Of a stretch of DNA of 64,000 bases, positions 12,297-26,230 are shown piece after piece. This stretch comes from Octopus vulgaris (lineage: Eukaryota). The number at the start of each line of letters is the position of its first letter. Positions within the stretch are counted from its first letter, which is position 1. The stretch is taken from NCBI GenBank assembly GCA_951406725.2, contig OX597825.1:20522001-20586000 (forward strand), written 5' to 3'. The translations under genes and the position numbers were made by a program. The notes below the pieces were generated by a model. It saw only the letters and a program-made list of their open reading frames with translations. It was not told where the DNA came from and did no database searches.

Positions 12297-12680
12297 TGGA
12301 GGCGCAATGGCCCAGTGGTTAGGGCAGCGGACTTGCGGTCATAGGATCGCGGTTTCGATTCCCAGACCGGGCGTTGTGAGTGTTTATTGAGCGAAAACAC
12401 CTAAAAGCTCCACGAGGCTCCGGCAGGGGATGGTGGTGATCCCTGCTGTACTCTTTCACCACAACTTTCTCTCACTCTTACTTCCTGTTTCTGTTGTACT
12501 TGTATTTCAAAGGGCCGGCCTTGTCACTCTCTGTGTCACGCTGAATATCCCCGAGAACTACGTTAAGGGTACACGTGTCTGTGGAGTGCTCAGCCACTTA
12601 CACATTAATTTCATGAGCAGGCTGTTCCGTTGATTCGGATCAACCGGAACCCTCATCGTCGTAACCGACGGAGTGCTTCC
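12297..12680 (+). mobile_element. tRNA(Arg-like)-headed SINE, family B tail type 1, full length
   Basis: Box A TGGCCCAGTGG, box-B-like GGTTTCGATTCC; short direct repeat (G)AAAACAG on both flanks. Confidence 0.92.
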
Positions 12681-12995
12681 ATCCAGAAAAACAGTTAAAT
12701 ATTTCAAAAAATACAATGAACTGGCCATGAGGAGTGCAAAATCCAACGATACGGAAATTGTCCTTCTTCGTGGAGAAGTTTTAAATGAGAGAAATAAATA
12801 TGAAGTAGAAGAATTTTACATCCTCTAATTTAAAAAAAATAATAAACTGGTCTGTCTAAAATGTTGGATTTTTAGCCCTCAAGGCAAGTTCATAGAATTT
12901 GTTTTATCAATTTTACTACATAATATAAGTCTTGCTGACACAGTCCAGCACCAGTGTCTTTGGAATTTGTTTTAGCATATATATACGCGTATGTA

Positions 12996-13047
<52 letters not shown>

Positions 13048-13230
13048 CGTGTTTGCGTTTATCTATGACTAGACTATGTACACATGTATATATGTGTGTA
13101 TGTGCATAGAAATATGTGTGCATGTATGTATATGTATATATAAATAATATGCATAAGAGAGAGAGAAAAAGACAGACAGACAGACAGACAAACAAACAAA
13201 CAGACTGACAGACAAACAGACAGACGGGCG

Positions 13231-13302
<72 letters not shown>

Positions 13303-13891
13303 TGGTCTGCCGTGGGAGTTAGTAAGAATTAGAGAGAGGGAGAGAGAGAGAGAGAGAAAGAGAGGAGAAGCTGAAAGAGACAATGAATAAATATAATATA
13401 AAGACTACAAACATTAAATAATAAAATGTCCCCCAGGAAGAAAAAACATAAATCATAACTGATCAATAGCAATAACGAAACTTTTTTTAGCTTTTTACTG
13501 TTTTTTTTTTTTGCTCCTATTGTTATCATTTTCTGTGTTTTGTTTTGTTTGTCTTTCGTTTGTTTGTTTTTGTTTCCTTTTGTTTTGTTTTTGCCTTTGC
13601 TTTTGTTTTGTTTTGCTTGATTTTATTTTTTGTGAATGAGGCATGATTTAAATGTTCCCTGGAGTAAGATATATTTGATTTTTTCTAAATCCCATCACGT
13701 GCTTTCGTATATCGACCCCGGTACGATGAAAAGTATAATTAATCCTGCTGAAATTTTCAAGATCTGGCGTAGTTGGTCTCAGATAGATTATATAAGCCCT
13801 TTGGTTCCACTCTCTACCATTTCTTCACCATATCTGCGATTATGATTCCTTATCATGGTTCAAAACTAGTAAATTGAAAGAAAGAATTCAG

Positions 13892-13922
<31 letters not shown>

Positions 13923-13949
13923 GTGTATGTGTGCGTGTGTGTGTGAGTG

Positions 13950-14281
13950 ACACTCCGTCGGTAACGACGACGAGGCTCCCATTTGATCTGATCAACGGAA
14001 CAGCGTGCTCGTGAAATTAACGTGCAAGTGGCTGAGCACTCCACAGACACGTGTACCCTTACCGTAGTTCTCGGGGAGATTCAGCGTGAAGCGGGGTGTG
14101 AAAAGGTTGGGCCTTTGAAATACAGGTACAACAGAAACGGGAAGAAAGAGTGAGAGAAAGTTGTGATGGAAGAGTACAGGAGAGTTCACTACCACCCCCT
14201 GCTGGATCCTCATGGAACTTTAGGTCTTTTCGCTCAATAAACATTCACCACAACGCCCAGTCTGGGAATCGAAACCGCGAT

Positions 14282-14284
<3 letters not shown>
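13950..14284 (-). mobile_element. Family B type-1 SINE lacking its extreme 5' end
   Basis: Reverse-complement match to 12340-12680. Confidence 0.88.
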
Positions 14285-14318
<34 letters not shown>

Positions 14319-14419
14319 GTGCATATATACATACATACATACATACATCTATGCATGTATATATGCATGTATGTATGTGTATGTATGTATACGTATATAC
14401 ATATATACTTACTGAAATA

Positions 14420-14630
14420 TATGTGTGCGTGTCTTTGTGATTGTCCCCCATCAGTGTTTGATAATAGGTGTTTGTTCACGTCTCCCATAACCTAGCGGTT
14501 CGGCATAAGAGACCAACAAAGTAAATACCAGGCTTTAAGAAAATAGTAGTGGAGTCGATTCGTTTGAACTAAAATCCTCAATAGTGGTGCTCCAGCACGG
14601 CCGCATTCCATTGACTGAATGAAGGAAAAG
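14420..14630 (+). mobile_element. Family C SINE, 3' half
   Basis: TTGTCCCCC...TAGCGGTTCGGC...GGTGCTCCAGCACGGCCGCA. Confidence 0.75.
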
Positions 14631-15924
14631 ACGAATAATTAGTCCGTCAGCTGCTATGACAAATACATAGAGGGTACTTATGTCAATAGCTGTAATTCTA
14701 ACCTAAAAATCAATCATAAGAAACGTAAGGCAACAATTAAAGCCATTACGTTATAACTGACAATGAAGTCCATCCCTTTGCAGCAAAGTGGTCGCTGAAC
14801 CCATCAAGAAATAACAGCCAAATCTGACCCAAATTTCAACATATAGTCTAACGAAAATAACACGTTGTATAATAATAAAAACAAAAGCGAATATTAGTGT
14901 GTCAGTGTATCACACATTTTCAACTTTTCTCCTCCGACCCCACTTCTCTCTATTCAATGACTCTTCTACTATTCCTCATGCTTCACTCCTCTCTCACTAT
15001 TCAATGACTCTTCTACTATTCTTCAACCATAGCACATGCTTCATAACGTTCGGAACTGAAATACGTATTGAATTCATTCACTCATACAATATTAACTCTC
15101 ACACCTCTCTACCATAAAAATGTTCGAAACTTAGTATTTTTTCAGATATTAATAAAATTTGTTGGACATATTTTCATGCTGTCGGCCGTCAGAGAAATGG
15201 AAACTTAGCGCACTCCGACTGCATGGAAACAGATTCGACTAATTTTATTATTTTCTCAAGAAATACTAATTCTACTCTCTAAAAGAGTTTCTTTCTTAAT
15301 CCTAACATTTTGAGAAATATCTGTCTCTAAACTGTATCAAGTAATTTAATCATAACACTATTTTCTTAATCCTAACATTTCGAAAAAATATTTCTCTAAA
15401 TATTATAATTATTTCCAAAAGTAATTTCCGAAATAAACATTTTGAAAAAATCTTTCTCGAAATATTATAACTGTATCAAATAATTTAACCATAACACGTT
15501 GTAATAAAATTTGTCGGACCTATTTTCATGCCGTCGGAGCTATGGAAACTCACCGCAATTCGACTGCATTAAAATAGATTCGACTAATTTTATTATAACC
15601 TTTAAAAAATACAAAAAAGTACTAAATTTTAAGCATCTTTAAGATCAAATACATTTAGAGCAATTCCAAACTAGAAAAATCGCTCTTTAAAATAGTGTTT
15701 AGCGACAGTGGTGTAATTTTCCTTTAAACTACCTACAGGAGTTTAGATAGCACCAGCTACTACAAATAATTGTTTGTACGAAAAGTAAGGCCCTATATCT
15801 ATACAAACATCTATACAAACATACGTATATATCTATACAAACATACGTATATATCTATACAAACATACGTATATATACACAGATACATAAATACATACAT
15901 ATATTCTTCTATTCTATTTTTCTA

Positions 15925-16143
15925 ATCTTTTACTTGTTTCAGTCATTTGATTGCAGCCATGCTGGAGCACCACCCTAAAAAGTTTTAGTCGAAGACATCG
16001 AACCCAGGAATTATTCTTTGTAAGCTTAGTAATTATTCTATTGGTCTCTTTTGCCAAACCGCTTAATTATGAGGACATATTATGAGGACACACCAGCATC
16101 GGCTGTTAAGTGATAATGGAAAGGACAAACACACACACAAAAA
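15925..16143 (-). mobile_element. Family C SINE, 3' half, part of a local duplication with 19321-19617
   Basis: TTTTACTTGTTTCAGTCATTTG...GCTGGAGCACC...; shares private variants with the 19400 copy. Confidence 0.85.
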
Positions 16144-16739
16144 TAAATTGTCTTTAAATTAAGTGGCGGCAGAAGAATTATCGTTGAACTTTTAAAAGGT
16201 AAGTTTATTTTTGCCAATCGCATATGGCAGCAGAATGCTTCGCAAAAATATATTTCCGCCAACAGAGGATCAGCTTGTAATCAAAAGAGCCAAGGCTACA
16301 GAGAGGAAAAGAATGTACCGCGCTAATGAAAACTCCGATCAAACGGCAGCCAGGTGAGCATCCAATGTGGAGAATATGCCCAAGGCCCAAATGAAGAGCC
16401 TTCCACAGGAGCTAGCTCAAAAGGGTGGTTTTTAAGCTAGTTGTATAATAAATATATTTGATACAATATGTCTTGGGGAATAGTGATACAGCCATTGATA
16501 GAGTGATTTTTAAGAGTAAGTTTGCTCGACCAGGTTTGACACGTACCTGAACAATAATAACAATAATAATAACGTAAACAACAATAACAACAACAATACC
16601 AAGGAAAGCAACAACAACAAAATAACAACAATAACAACGACGTTCATTAGCGTCTAATGTATCAATTAACCATCACTAAATTGAATCGAAGATAACAAAC
16701 AAGGGAGCGGGACGTCTAAACTGTCGCTGAACGAACCTT

Positions 16740-17594
16740 GAAATAACAGCTCAATCTTCCTCCAAATACCAATTCCCCATACCAAAAATGTATAAAACAT
16801 TAGTACCATGGAATATACCAATTAGCCCCAAAACCGCACCACTACATATTCGCCCGGTGTGCTAGAAATAGCTGATAAGTCTCTCTCAAAATTCCATCTC
16901 ATTGTGTTTAGAAATAACAGCTCAATCTTCCTCCAAATACCAATTCCCCATACCAAAAATGTATAAAACATTAGTACCATGGAATATACCAATTAGCCCC
17001 AAAACCGCACCACTACATATCCGCCCGGTGTGCTAGAAATAGCTGATAAGTCTCTCTCAAAATTCCATCTCATTGTGTTTAGAAATAACAGCTCAATCTT
17101 CCTCCAAATACCAATTCCCCATACCAAAAATGTATAAAACATTAGTACCATGGAATATACCAATTAGCCCCAAAACCGCACCACTACATATCCGCCCGGT
17201 GTGCTAGAAATAGCTGATAAGTCTCTCTCAAAATTCCATCTCATTGTGTTTAGAAATAACAGCTCAATCTTCCTCCAAATACCAATTCCCCATACCAAAA
17301 ATGTATAAAACATTAGTACCATGGAATATACCAATTAGCCCCAAAACCGTACCACTACATATTCGCCCGGTGTGCTAGAAATAGCTGATAAGTCTCTCTC
17401 AAAATTCCATCTCATTGTGTTTAGAAATAACAGCTCAATCTTCCTCCAAATACCAATTCCCCATACCAAGAACGCATAAAACATTAGCACCATGGAATAT
17501 ACCAATTAGCCCAGCAATGGTACCACTACCTATTCGCCCGGTGTGCTAGAAATAGCTGGTAAGTCTCTCTCAAAATTACACCTCATGGTGTTTA
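16740..17594. repeat. Tandem repeat, 5 x 171 bp
   Basis: GAAATAACAGCTCAATCTTCCTCC recurs at 16740, 16911, 17082, 17253 and 17424; the fifth copy is the most diverged. Confidence 0.97.
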
Positions 17595-17610
17595 GAAAAG
17601 ATGGTATTGA

Positions 17611-17831
17611 GGCGGCGAGCTGGCAGAAACGTTAGCACGCCGGGCGAAAAGCGTAGCCGTATTTCCGCTGTTGTTACGTTCTGAGTTCAAATTCCGCCGA
17701 GGTCGACTTTGTCTTTCAGCCTTTCGGGGTCGATTAAATAAGTACCAGTTACGCACTGGGGTCGATATAATCAACTTAATCCGTTTGTTTGTCCTCTCTG
17801 TGTTTAGCCCCTTGTGGGTAGTAAAGAAATA
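17611..17831 (+). mobile_element. Family A SINE monomer, young tail
   Basis: Runs GGCGGCGAGCTGGCAGAAACG to GTAAAGAAATA; TSD GGTATTGA at 17603-17610 and 17832-17839. Confidence 0.93.
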
Positions 17832-18400
17832 GGTATTGAATTATGCAGACCTAGATGTATGGAAACAAATAACGTGATGGTCGTGGATTTAACGCCTTTT
17901 ATTATAAACTTGCCCGAACCCCAACACCAATATCACCACCTTTGCTATCCACACCCTTCCACTATCTTCACTACCGCCTCCACCGTCACAAAGAACACTA
18001 ACTCTACCAATATAAGGACTAGTGGGAGCGTTATTCAAATCTCTAATATCACAATCATACCAATTTCGCCTTCACCAACACCGCTACCATTATCACAGTT
18101 ACAATCCCCCACAGTCACAGCTCCTTCCTTGCAGCACAGATGCCACCACCACCACCAACAACACAACAGCCACCGCCACCGTCACCGCCGACTGCGCTAC
18201 CACAAGCGCGGCCACCACCACAAACAACACCACACCCACCATCCAAACAGTAGAAGTGCCGAAATGCTCCAAAATAATAGCTCCGTGACACAGCATTCCA
18301 TTAGATATAAATGTGAGATAAAAAAAAACCCAAAAGAGATATATCACTATATAATATATTCTGTGCTTAACAAATAGATATATCTATATGTAGATATAGA

Positions 18401-18465
<65 letters not shown>

Positions 18466-18749
18466 AAATATATATATACATACATATATATATATATGTG
18501 TATATATATAAATATGTATGTATTTATATATGTATATACACAAATATATACATGTATATATAATATACATATATAAATCATTATAAATGTGTATATGCAC
18601 ATATTTGTATGCATATATATTTCTGTGTATATAAATATATATACACATACATACACATATATACATACGCACACATACAAGCACACACATATATATATAT
18701 GTTATAAATATATATAAATATATATATATATGTATCTATAATGTATCTA

Positions 18750-18805
<56 letters not shown>

Positions 18806-18830
18806 ATATATATAAATATATATATATATA

Positions 18831-18864
<34 letters not shown>

Positions 18865-19399
18865 CAGTACATAGAAGAAATGTAAGTATGAATAGGATAA
18901 AATATTTTTTCTTTTACTTTCACTTTCGTTTGTCATTGTTATTGGCAGGAGACTGCATAGGCGTGCTTGTGTAAGTGACAACACATGTAAGCGAGAGTGT
19001 GTGCATTTTTTTATATGGTCCATGTATTTTCGTATTAGTGGATGTATGGGTGTATAGCCGTTTGTGTGTGTATCTTTGCATTGTCTGCACGTTTGTGTGG
19101 GTATGTTTGTCTTTGTGTGTGTGTGTGTGTAAATAAGTGCACGCATGTATATATGTATATACCTATACGTCCTATGCATGGGTTTATGTATGCGCATATA
19201 TAAATAGGTATATACGTTAACATATACGTATATGCAAATGTATATGTGTGTCTATCGTTGCTTCTATGTGTATGTATGCGTATGGGTGCATATGTTACTA
19301 TATATGCGCATGTGTACAAATATCTATACAAACATACATATATATACACAGATACATAAATACATACATATATCATTCTATTCTCCTATTTTTCTATTC

Positions 19400-19835
19400 T
19401 TTTTACTTGTTTCAGTCATTTGACTGCAGCCATGCTGGAGCACCACCATAAAGAGTTTTAGTCGAAGACATCGAACCCAGGAATTATTCTTTGTAAGCTT
19501 AATAATTATTCTATTGGTCTCTTTTGCCAAACCGCTTAATTATGAGGACATATTAGGAGGACACACCAGCATCGGCTGTTAAGTGATGATGGGGAGGACA
19601 AACACACACACAAAAATATACATGCACACACACACACAAATATACATGTATGTATATATATATATATATACACCCACTCGATGGGCTTCTTTCAGTTTCC
19701 GTCAAACAAATCTACTCACAAGGTTTTTGGTCAAAATGAGTATATAGTAGAAGACACTTGCTCAAGGTGCCACGCAGTGGGACTGAAACTAGAACCACAT
19801 AGCTGGGAAGCAATTTTCTTACCATACAAGTAGGC
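19400..19835 (-). mobile_element. Family C SINE, full length with internal microsatellite
   Basis: Head and CORE-like GGCACCTTGAGCAAGTGTCTTCTAC on minus, then (TA/TG)n linker, then the 3' module ending GACTGAAACAAGTAAAAAG. Confidence 0.87.
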
Positions 19836-19848
19836 CTGTATATGTATA

Positions 19849-19908
<60 letters not shown>

Positions 19909-20019
19909 GAAATGATCATAATTGCTCTGAATAAAGAGACGTGAATTTCATTCTGTCTCTCATTTTTTCTATATGCATACATACACATTCACACAGATAT
20001 ATATATATGTATGTGTCTC

Positions 20020-20082
<63 letters not shown>

Positions 20083-20256
20083 TACATATATACATATATA
20101 TAAAGATAGATAGATATATACATACATATATATATACTTATATACATATATATATACATATATATATACATATATATATCTACATATATATATACATATA
20201 TATATATATTATATATATATACATGTATATATGTATATATATATATAATATATGTA

Positions 20257-20300
<44 letters not shown>

Positions 20301-20707
20301 GATATATGTAGATATATATATAAGCCGGTAGGTTGAAAAAAAGCACTGCTACAAACAGTCATTCTCTCCTCACCAACATTCGAAAAATAACGAATGATTG
20401 CGACTGAAAGTAATAACAGCCTCGACACCACACCTCACCAACCTCTCCCTGGCACCCAATATATACAAAGAACAACGGCCGCAACCATACTCACTATGAC
20501 CACAACCGCAATAAGAAACGTATTAAACTACCACAAAAAACTGCTGGAATATTTAATGAAAGCAGAAAATCTTCAGTAATATAGAGAATTAAAAAACCCG
20601 AGGCAATGGTTGGCCTATATTGCAGACCATAAACTGACTGTATATTTTATAACTGTCTACATTACTGACAGCATACGCACACTCAGACGTGCACGAACGC
20701 ACGCAAG

Positions 20708-20793
<86 letters not shown>

Positions 20794-21382
20794 TAGTGTT
20801 TCTGAGTAACGACGAAGCGAAAAGCCAGCTGCGCAAAAGTAAATAATCATATTTATACTTTTATATTTTTGTCACTCCTTTTCTCTTATTTGTGAAGCAA
20901 AAAAAAAAAAGAGCTGTATCTATGTGCGTGTGTGTGTGTGTGTAAATCCCTTCTTTAGAAAACTTTAGAATTCGGCAGCGTTTTTATTCCAATTAGTGGC
21001 AGAGAAAGGACATGAATATTATAATGCACGTTCAGAAATTTTCCTGTTTTGCAAGATCTGTTTAGGTTAAACGTATCGCCAAGGAATTGTTCGATGAAGC
21101 CATTCGAATATAAGATGTTGATGACTTATTATTAACAGGACTACTCATTTTACGATCGCTTCGGAAGAAATCCGCTGAGTAGAATTCAGTCTTTGCTGTA
21201 ATGATAGACTAATCATTTCAAAAACTATTACGATTTTTACAACGAATACTCTTAAAAAGTTGTTTATTAACATATTCAAATAAATAATAACCTACATTTA
21301 AAGATAACGGCAGGGTCGAATGTAAGCATAGAGGATTTCATAGATATATCTCTAGATTTAGGTACAGGTAAATATAACCCTT

Positions 21383-21691
21383 TGGGAGGCACATGGCCAA
21401 GTGGTTAGAGCAACAGACTCGCGGTCGAGGAATCGCGGGTTCGAATCTCAGACCGGGTTATGTGAGTGTTTATGAGCAAAACACCTAAGCTCCACGCGGG
21501 ACCAGCAGAAGGTAATGGCGAATTTCTGCTGACTCTTTCGCCACAACTTTCTCTCACTCTTTCCTCCTGCATCTTGCAGCTCACCTGCGACGGACCGGCG
21601 TCCAATCCAGGTGGGGAATCTATACACCAAAGAAACCGGGAAACCGGCCCTTATGAGCCAGGCGTGGCTCAAGAAGGAACAAACAACACAT
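21383..21691 (+). mobile_element. tRNA(Arg-like)-headed SINE, family B tail type 2
   Basis: Head GGAGGCACATGGCCAAGTGGTTAGAGC...GGTTCGAATC; tail GAAACCGGGAAACCGGCCCTTATGAGCC; TSD TAACCCTT at 21375-21382 and 21692-21699. Confidence 0.92.
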
Positions 21692-21900
21692 TAACCCTTA
21701 CTTAACAAATAATTCCTCTGCAAAAATTTAAATTCCAACTACCCTCAAGTAGTCCTTAATAGTTTCGATAACAACATTAGTAAATATGTGCATATCCAGA
21801 TTATCCCTGAACGAAAGATCTTTAATCATGTTACCCCTTATTATAATGATGCACTACAAGTCAGTATAGATAATATATTTTAGATATAATCATGCTAAAT

Positions 21901-22133
21901 AAGGTGGCGAGCTGGCAAAAACGTTAGCACGCCGGGCGAAATGCGTAGCCGTATTTCGTCTGCCTTTACGTTCTGAGTTCAAATTCCGCCGAGGTCGACT
22001 TTGCCTTTCATCCTTTCGGGGTCGATTAAATAAGTACCAGTTACGCACTGTGGTCGATATAATCGACTTGATCCGTTTGTTTGTCATTGTTTGTCCCCTC
22101 TGTGTTTAGCCCCTTGTGGGTAGTAAAGAAATA
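21901..22133 (+). mobile_element. Family A SINE monomer, young tail
   Basis: Full head and tail; TSD TATAATCATGCTAA at 21885-21898 and 22134-22147. Confidence 0.93.
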
Positions 22134-22269
22134 TATAATCATGCTAATTAACATTCCCAATGTATGTAAAATCAAAGTAATGTGCCAATAGTTTAAATAG
22201 TCGTTCTAATATTGCCAGATTTTAATCATTTAATTTTTTCTACACAAGCGATTTAATTTTTTCTACACC

Positions 22270-22795
22270 TGCTTTTATATGGCCCTCGGGGGTCCATATA
22301 AGATTTTTGGGATCCACGCAATACAATAGTAAATTAGGGATTCACAATAATATTTTAAGGACCCTGGAAAAATTTTGCTTTAGATGTATTTATTGGTATT
22401 TATTGCAAAAAAGCAGCCATGTTTATTTCTCCAAAATGTTATACAGTTCAACCTATACAAATTAATATGCGACAAACAGAATAGGAATTTTGAAAAAAAA
22501 GTATCTATGAAACTACAGAGATGTACTTGCATAGCAAGTGACCTGATCTGAGATCGTGCGCTGGAACGAAAACAATTGCAGCATGGAAGGTGTTTATAAG
22601 CCATTTATCAAACACACGAAACCATTAGATTCTCTTCAACATTTAAATTTAATTTGTCAAAATATTTTCGTCGGTTTGTTATTATTCATGAAACTACTTT
22701 TTTAAAACATGGATTGGCTATAGGGTCCACTAGAATTAATAGTGATTAAAGCAGGTTCCATAGATAAAAAAAAATCTGTGAAGACCCTTGCTCTA
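22270..22795. mobile_element. Decayed hAT-type MITE carrying a 171-bp insertion (22517-22687)
   Basis: Repeated GGGTCCA subterminal motifs and right end AAAAATCTGTGAAGACCCTTG; the internal insert is flanked by ATGAAACTAC (22507-22516, 22688-22697). Confidence 0.45.
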
Positions 22796-23403
22796 TATGG
22801 ATTATAACAAAATCAGCTTCATTCAGAAATAACAGGTAAATCACCCTTAAATTACACTTCACTATCTGAAATAAGAAAAGTTCACGTTAGATAACGCAGC
22901 CAAATATACGTTCCCGGTTACAGTGCATTTGATCATGGGATGGGACAGCCTGATCGGAGTTGGTCTGTGACTACACAGCAACAACTACAACAATGATAGT
23001 TGCCAACGTGGAGCCTGTATGTAGTCACTCTTACTACTAAAAGTAGCAACCAAATTCGTCGACAAATAACAATGGACAATGGAGTTAATTTTTATAGAAA
23101 AAAATCACGGATGGTCACGACAAGAATGATATTGATTTGGCTGATCGAATTAAACACAGTACAAAATAATAACAACAACGTTCTTACTTTTGATCTAAAC
23201 GATGGGAGATTCTACATGATTGTTCGACCAAATAACTCCGCCTAGCGGACACTTAGGATATCGGACGTCCAGATATATTGACGGCATAAAAATGACACTA
23301 ACGGCTTTTTTACAGGCCGTTTCGATCAGAGCTGGCATGAGGCGAACCAATAGCAACATGATATGTATATATATACATGTGTGTGCGTGTGTGTGTGTGC
23401 GTG

Positions 23404-23703
23404 TTGAGACGCAATGGCCCAGTGGTTAGGGCAGCGCACTCGCAGTCGTAGGATCGCGGCTTCAATTCCCAGACCGGTCGTTGTGAGTGTTTATTGAGCG
23501 AAAATATCTAAAAGCTCCACGTGATTCCGGCAGGGGATGGTGGCGATCCCTGCTGTACTCTTTCGCCACAACTTTCTCTCACTCTTTCTTCTGTTGGCCT
23601 GCTTGCTTAGCCAGTGGGGTGACGTCATTTGAAGGCTAAAACAATGCGAAGTGCATTGTGACCAAGGATGTGTAGGAACATCTGATAGCCTGGTCGGTCA
23701 CGA

Positions 23704-23706
<3 letters not shown>
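23404..23706 (+). mobile_element. tRNA(Arg-like)-headed SINE, family B tail type 3
   Basis: Same head and core as the 12297 copy up to CACAACTTTCTCTCACTCTT, then an unrelated tail GTTGGCCTGCTTGCTTAGCC...GGTCGGTCACG. Confidence 0.88.
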
Positions 23707-23759
<53 letters not shown>

Positions 23760-23760
23760 G

Positions 23761-23819
<59 letters not shown>

Positions 23820-24899
23820 CAGTGCATATATTTCACATATATACATGCATGCACGTATGATTAGATGAGAAATTTAAACACCGAAAAGAGATTCACAAGA
23901 ACTACAGCCAAGCGAGTACACAGGCCAATAGTTTTTCCAATCAATTAACGAAATATCGATATTCTTATTTGGTCTCAGATTTTCTTTTATTCTTTCTTAT
24001 TTTTCCTCTCTTTGGGTTTTTTGTTTTTGTTAATTTTTCTGTTATTTACAGCATTGAGATTTTATTTAGTTTTGTTTTTCAGAAATTTTACATTTCATTT
24101 TCTTTTTTTTTTTTTGTATCATGTTTGCAAAATTATTTTTGTGTATGACGTATTTATTTTTAAATGCATTCTGTACGAATCTTCTTTTTTCGCGTTGTTA
24201 ATAGAGATAATTGCACTTCCGGTTATGCTGTTGTTGTTGTTATTGTTGTTGCTGTTGGTGGTTGTAGTGGTGCTGGTGGTGGTACTTTTGTAAAATTTAT
24301 TTTTCTGGGTTATGTGGAAACGCAGTTAATAGGTGGAGATCATGTGTGTGTTTTGAAAACTAAATGTTTTAAATTTGAAATGAGTTTTGGCGAATCAAAG
24401 ACTCCTTAGGGCATTGATTAGACTCCCTCGCAGTACTTGTTCTGATTCTGTATGCTCTCAGTTCAAATCATGCCGAGGTCAAGTTTCTCCTTCCTCCTTT
24501 TCTTGTCAATAAAGATATCAATGTGTAGTGTGGCTTCTGCTGAGCTTTGAACTATAAATCTCAGATTTTCCCAGCGTAGAACCACGATCTGCCGTTTCAC
24601 CCTGAAAGGAACAGTGGCATCATAAAATGAATTAACGCTTATATACCAATCAGCTCTGTCTCACTTATTACGGTTGATGCGGCGAACTTCAAAGGAAAAG
24701 TACGAGTTTTCCTGCTAAATAGTTTGTCGAAGGTTCCGGAAAAGCGGTTTACAGTTATAAAAAGTTGGAAAATTCAACCGAAGACCACAGCTATTCAACT
24801 TTCGCCATGAAACTACGTCACTTTGCTCAGTGAGTAGGTCTTTTGTCCTTTTACACTTTTTCTTGTTAAACATTTGTTTATATGGTATTCGACAAAATG

Positions 24900-25347
24900 C
24901 AATGTGGCATGCAATGATCCAGTGCTATCACCTGTCCAGACATAGGAAACCGGACATTGTTGTGGTGAATAGAAAAGAAACATGTATGATAATCGACATT
25001 AGCATGTCCCGGTGACAAGAGTATTAAGGTGAAAGAAGATGAAAAAATAAACAACTATAACGGTCTAAAGTAGGAAATAAGAAGGTTATAGTCAATGATG
25101 AGAGTAGACGTGATGCCAATAGTAATTCATGCACCTGGATGTAACAGGACTCAACTACCAACATGGCTGAAAAAGATTGGTGCAAGTGTGAAGGTAGAAC
25201 ATCTACTAAAACCAGCATTGGTTGGAACTGCAAGAATTCTTCGCAGGGTTCTTGAAGCATGACCAGTACGCAAGTGCCGTCTTAGTCTGTTGGCTGTGGA
25301 CAGCTGACACTTTCCATCATACCCAGCAAAATAAGCTGTGAGTTTTC

Positions 25348-25350
<3 letters not shown>
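24900..25350 (+). pseudogene. 3' fragment of an R4/Dong-clade LINE (restriction-like endonuclease domain, 3' UTR, (TAA)n tail)
   Basis: Translates, across one frameshift, W.AMIQC.HLSRHRKPDIVVVNRKETCMIIDI(A)CPGDKSIKVKEDEKINNY...LLKPALVGTARILRRVLEA*. This is a PD-(D/E)xK RLE signature; Dong elements are known to target TAA repeats. Confidence 0.88.
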
Positions 25351-25401
<51 letters not shown>

Positions 25402-25437
25402 TAATAATAATAATAACAACAACAACAGCAGCAGCAG

Positions 25438-25468
<31 letters not shown>

Positions 25469-25499
25469 AATATTAATAATAATAATAATAATAATAATG

Positions 25500-25896
25500 C
25501 GTATCTTATTTTTATCGAACCCTAATGGATGAAAGGCAAAGTCGACCTCTGAATAATTTGAACTAATAATAATAATAATGGTTTCAACTGGTTTCAAATT
25601 GTGGCACCAGGTCACCAATTTCAGATGAGAGGTGAAAGTCGATTACATCAACCACGGTGCTCAACTGGAACTTATTTTATCAACCCTGAAAGGATGAAAG
25701 GTAAAGTTGAATAAGACGGAATTTAAACAAAGCGTTTTGTCCGGTGTGTTAACCATTCTGACTGCTCGTCGTCTTGATAACAACAACAGCAACAATAGTA
25801 ATAACAATAATAATAATAATCCTTTCTACTAAAGGCACAAGGCTTAAAATTTTGCGGATGGGGGCTAGTCGATTAAATTGACCCCAATGCGTAAGT

Positions 25897-25938
<42 letters not shown>

Positions 25939-26230
25939 TAATAATAATAATAATGATAATAACAATAGTGATGATGATGATAATAATAATAACAATAATA
26001 ATAATAACAATAATAATAATAACAATAATAATAACAATAATAATTTCAGAGTTGATAAAATAAGTTCCAGTTATTATCATCATCATCACTATTATAATAT
26101 ATTATTATCCTAAAGGATGAAAGGCAAAGTCGACTTCTGAAGAATTTGAACTTTGAACGTAAAGTCGGACGAAACGCCGGTAAGCGTTTTGTCCGGTGTG
26201 CTAACAATTCTGACAGCTCACCGCCTTGAC
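25500..26230 (-). mobile_element. Cluster of fragmented family A SINEs interleaved with (TAA)n
   Basis: GGATGAAAGG(C/T)AAAGT(C/T)GA at ~25527, ~25691 and ~26115; head remnants near 25730 and 26180. Confidence 0.75.

Noticed and set aside
12297-12370. tRNA genes at SINE heads (also 21383, 23404, 28240-28316, 36950, 59676)
   Set aside because: Box A and B are present but acceptor stems do not pair properly and the sequence continues into shared SINE bodies.
16740-17594. 171-bp array as a CRISPR array or alpha satellite
   Set aside because: Whole units repeat with no unique spacers and no cas genes; the length match to primate alpha satellite is not backed by recognisable sequence similarity.
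17814-18377. 187-aa T/H/S-rich ORF
   Set aside because: It starts inside a SINE tail and runs through degenerate (CAC/CAA)n sequence; no domain recognised.
20330-20640. Possible LINE C-terminal fragment (NVLNYHKKLLEYL)
   Set aside because: No diagnostic motif; family cannot be assigned.
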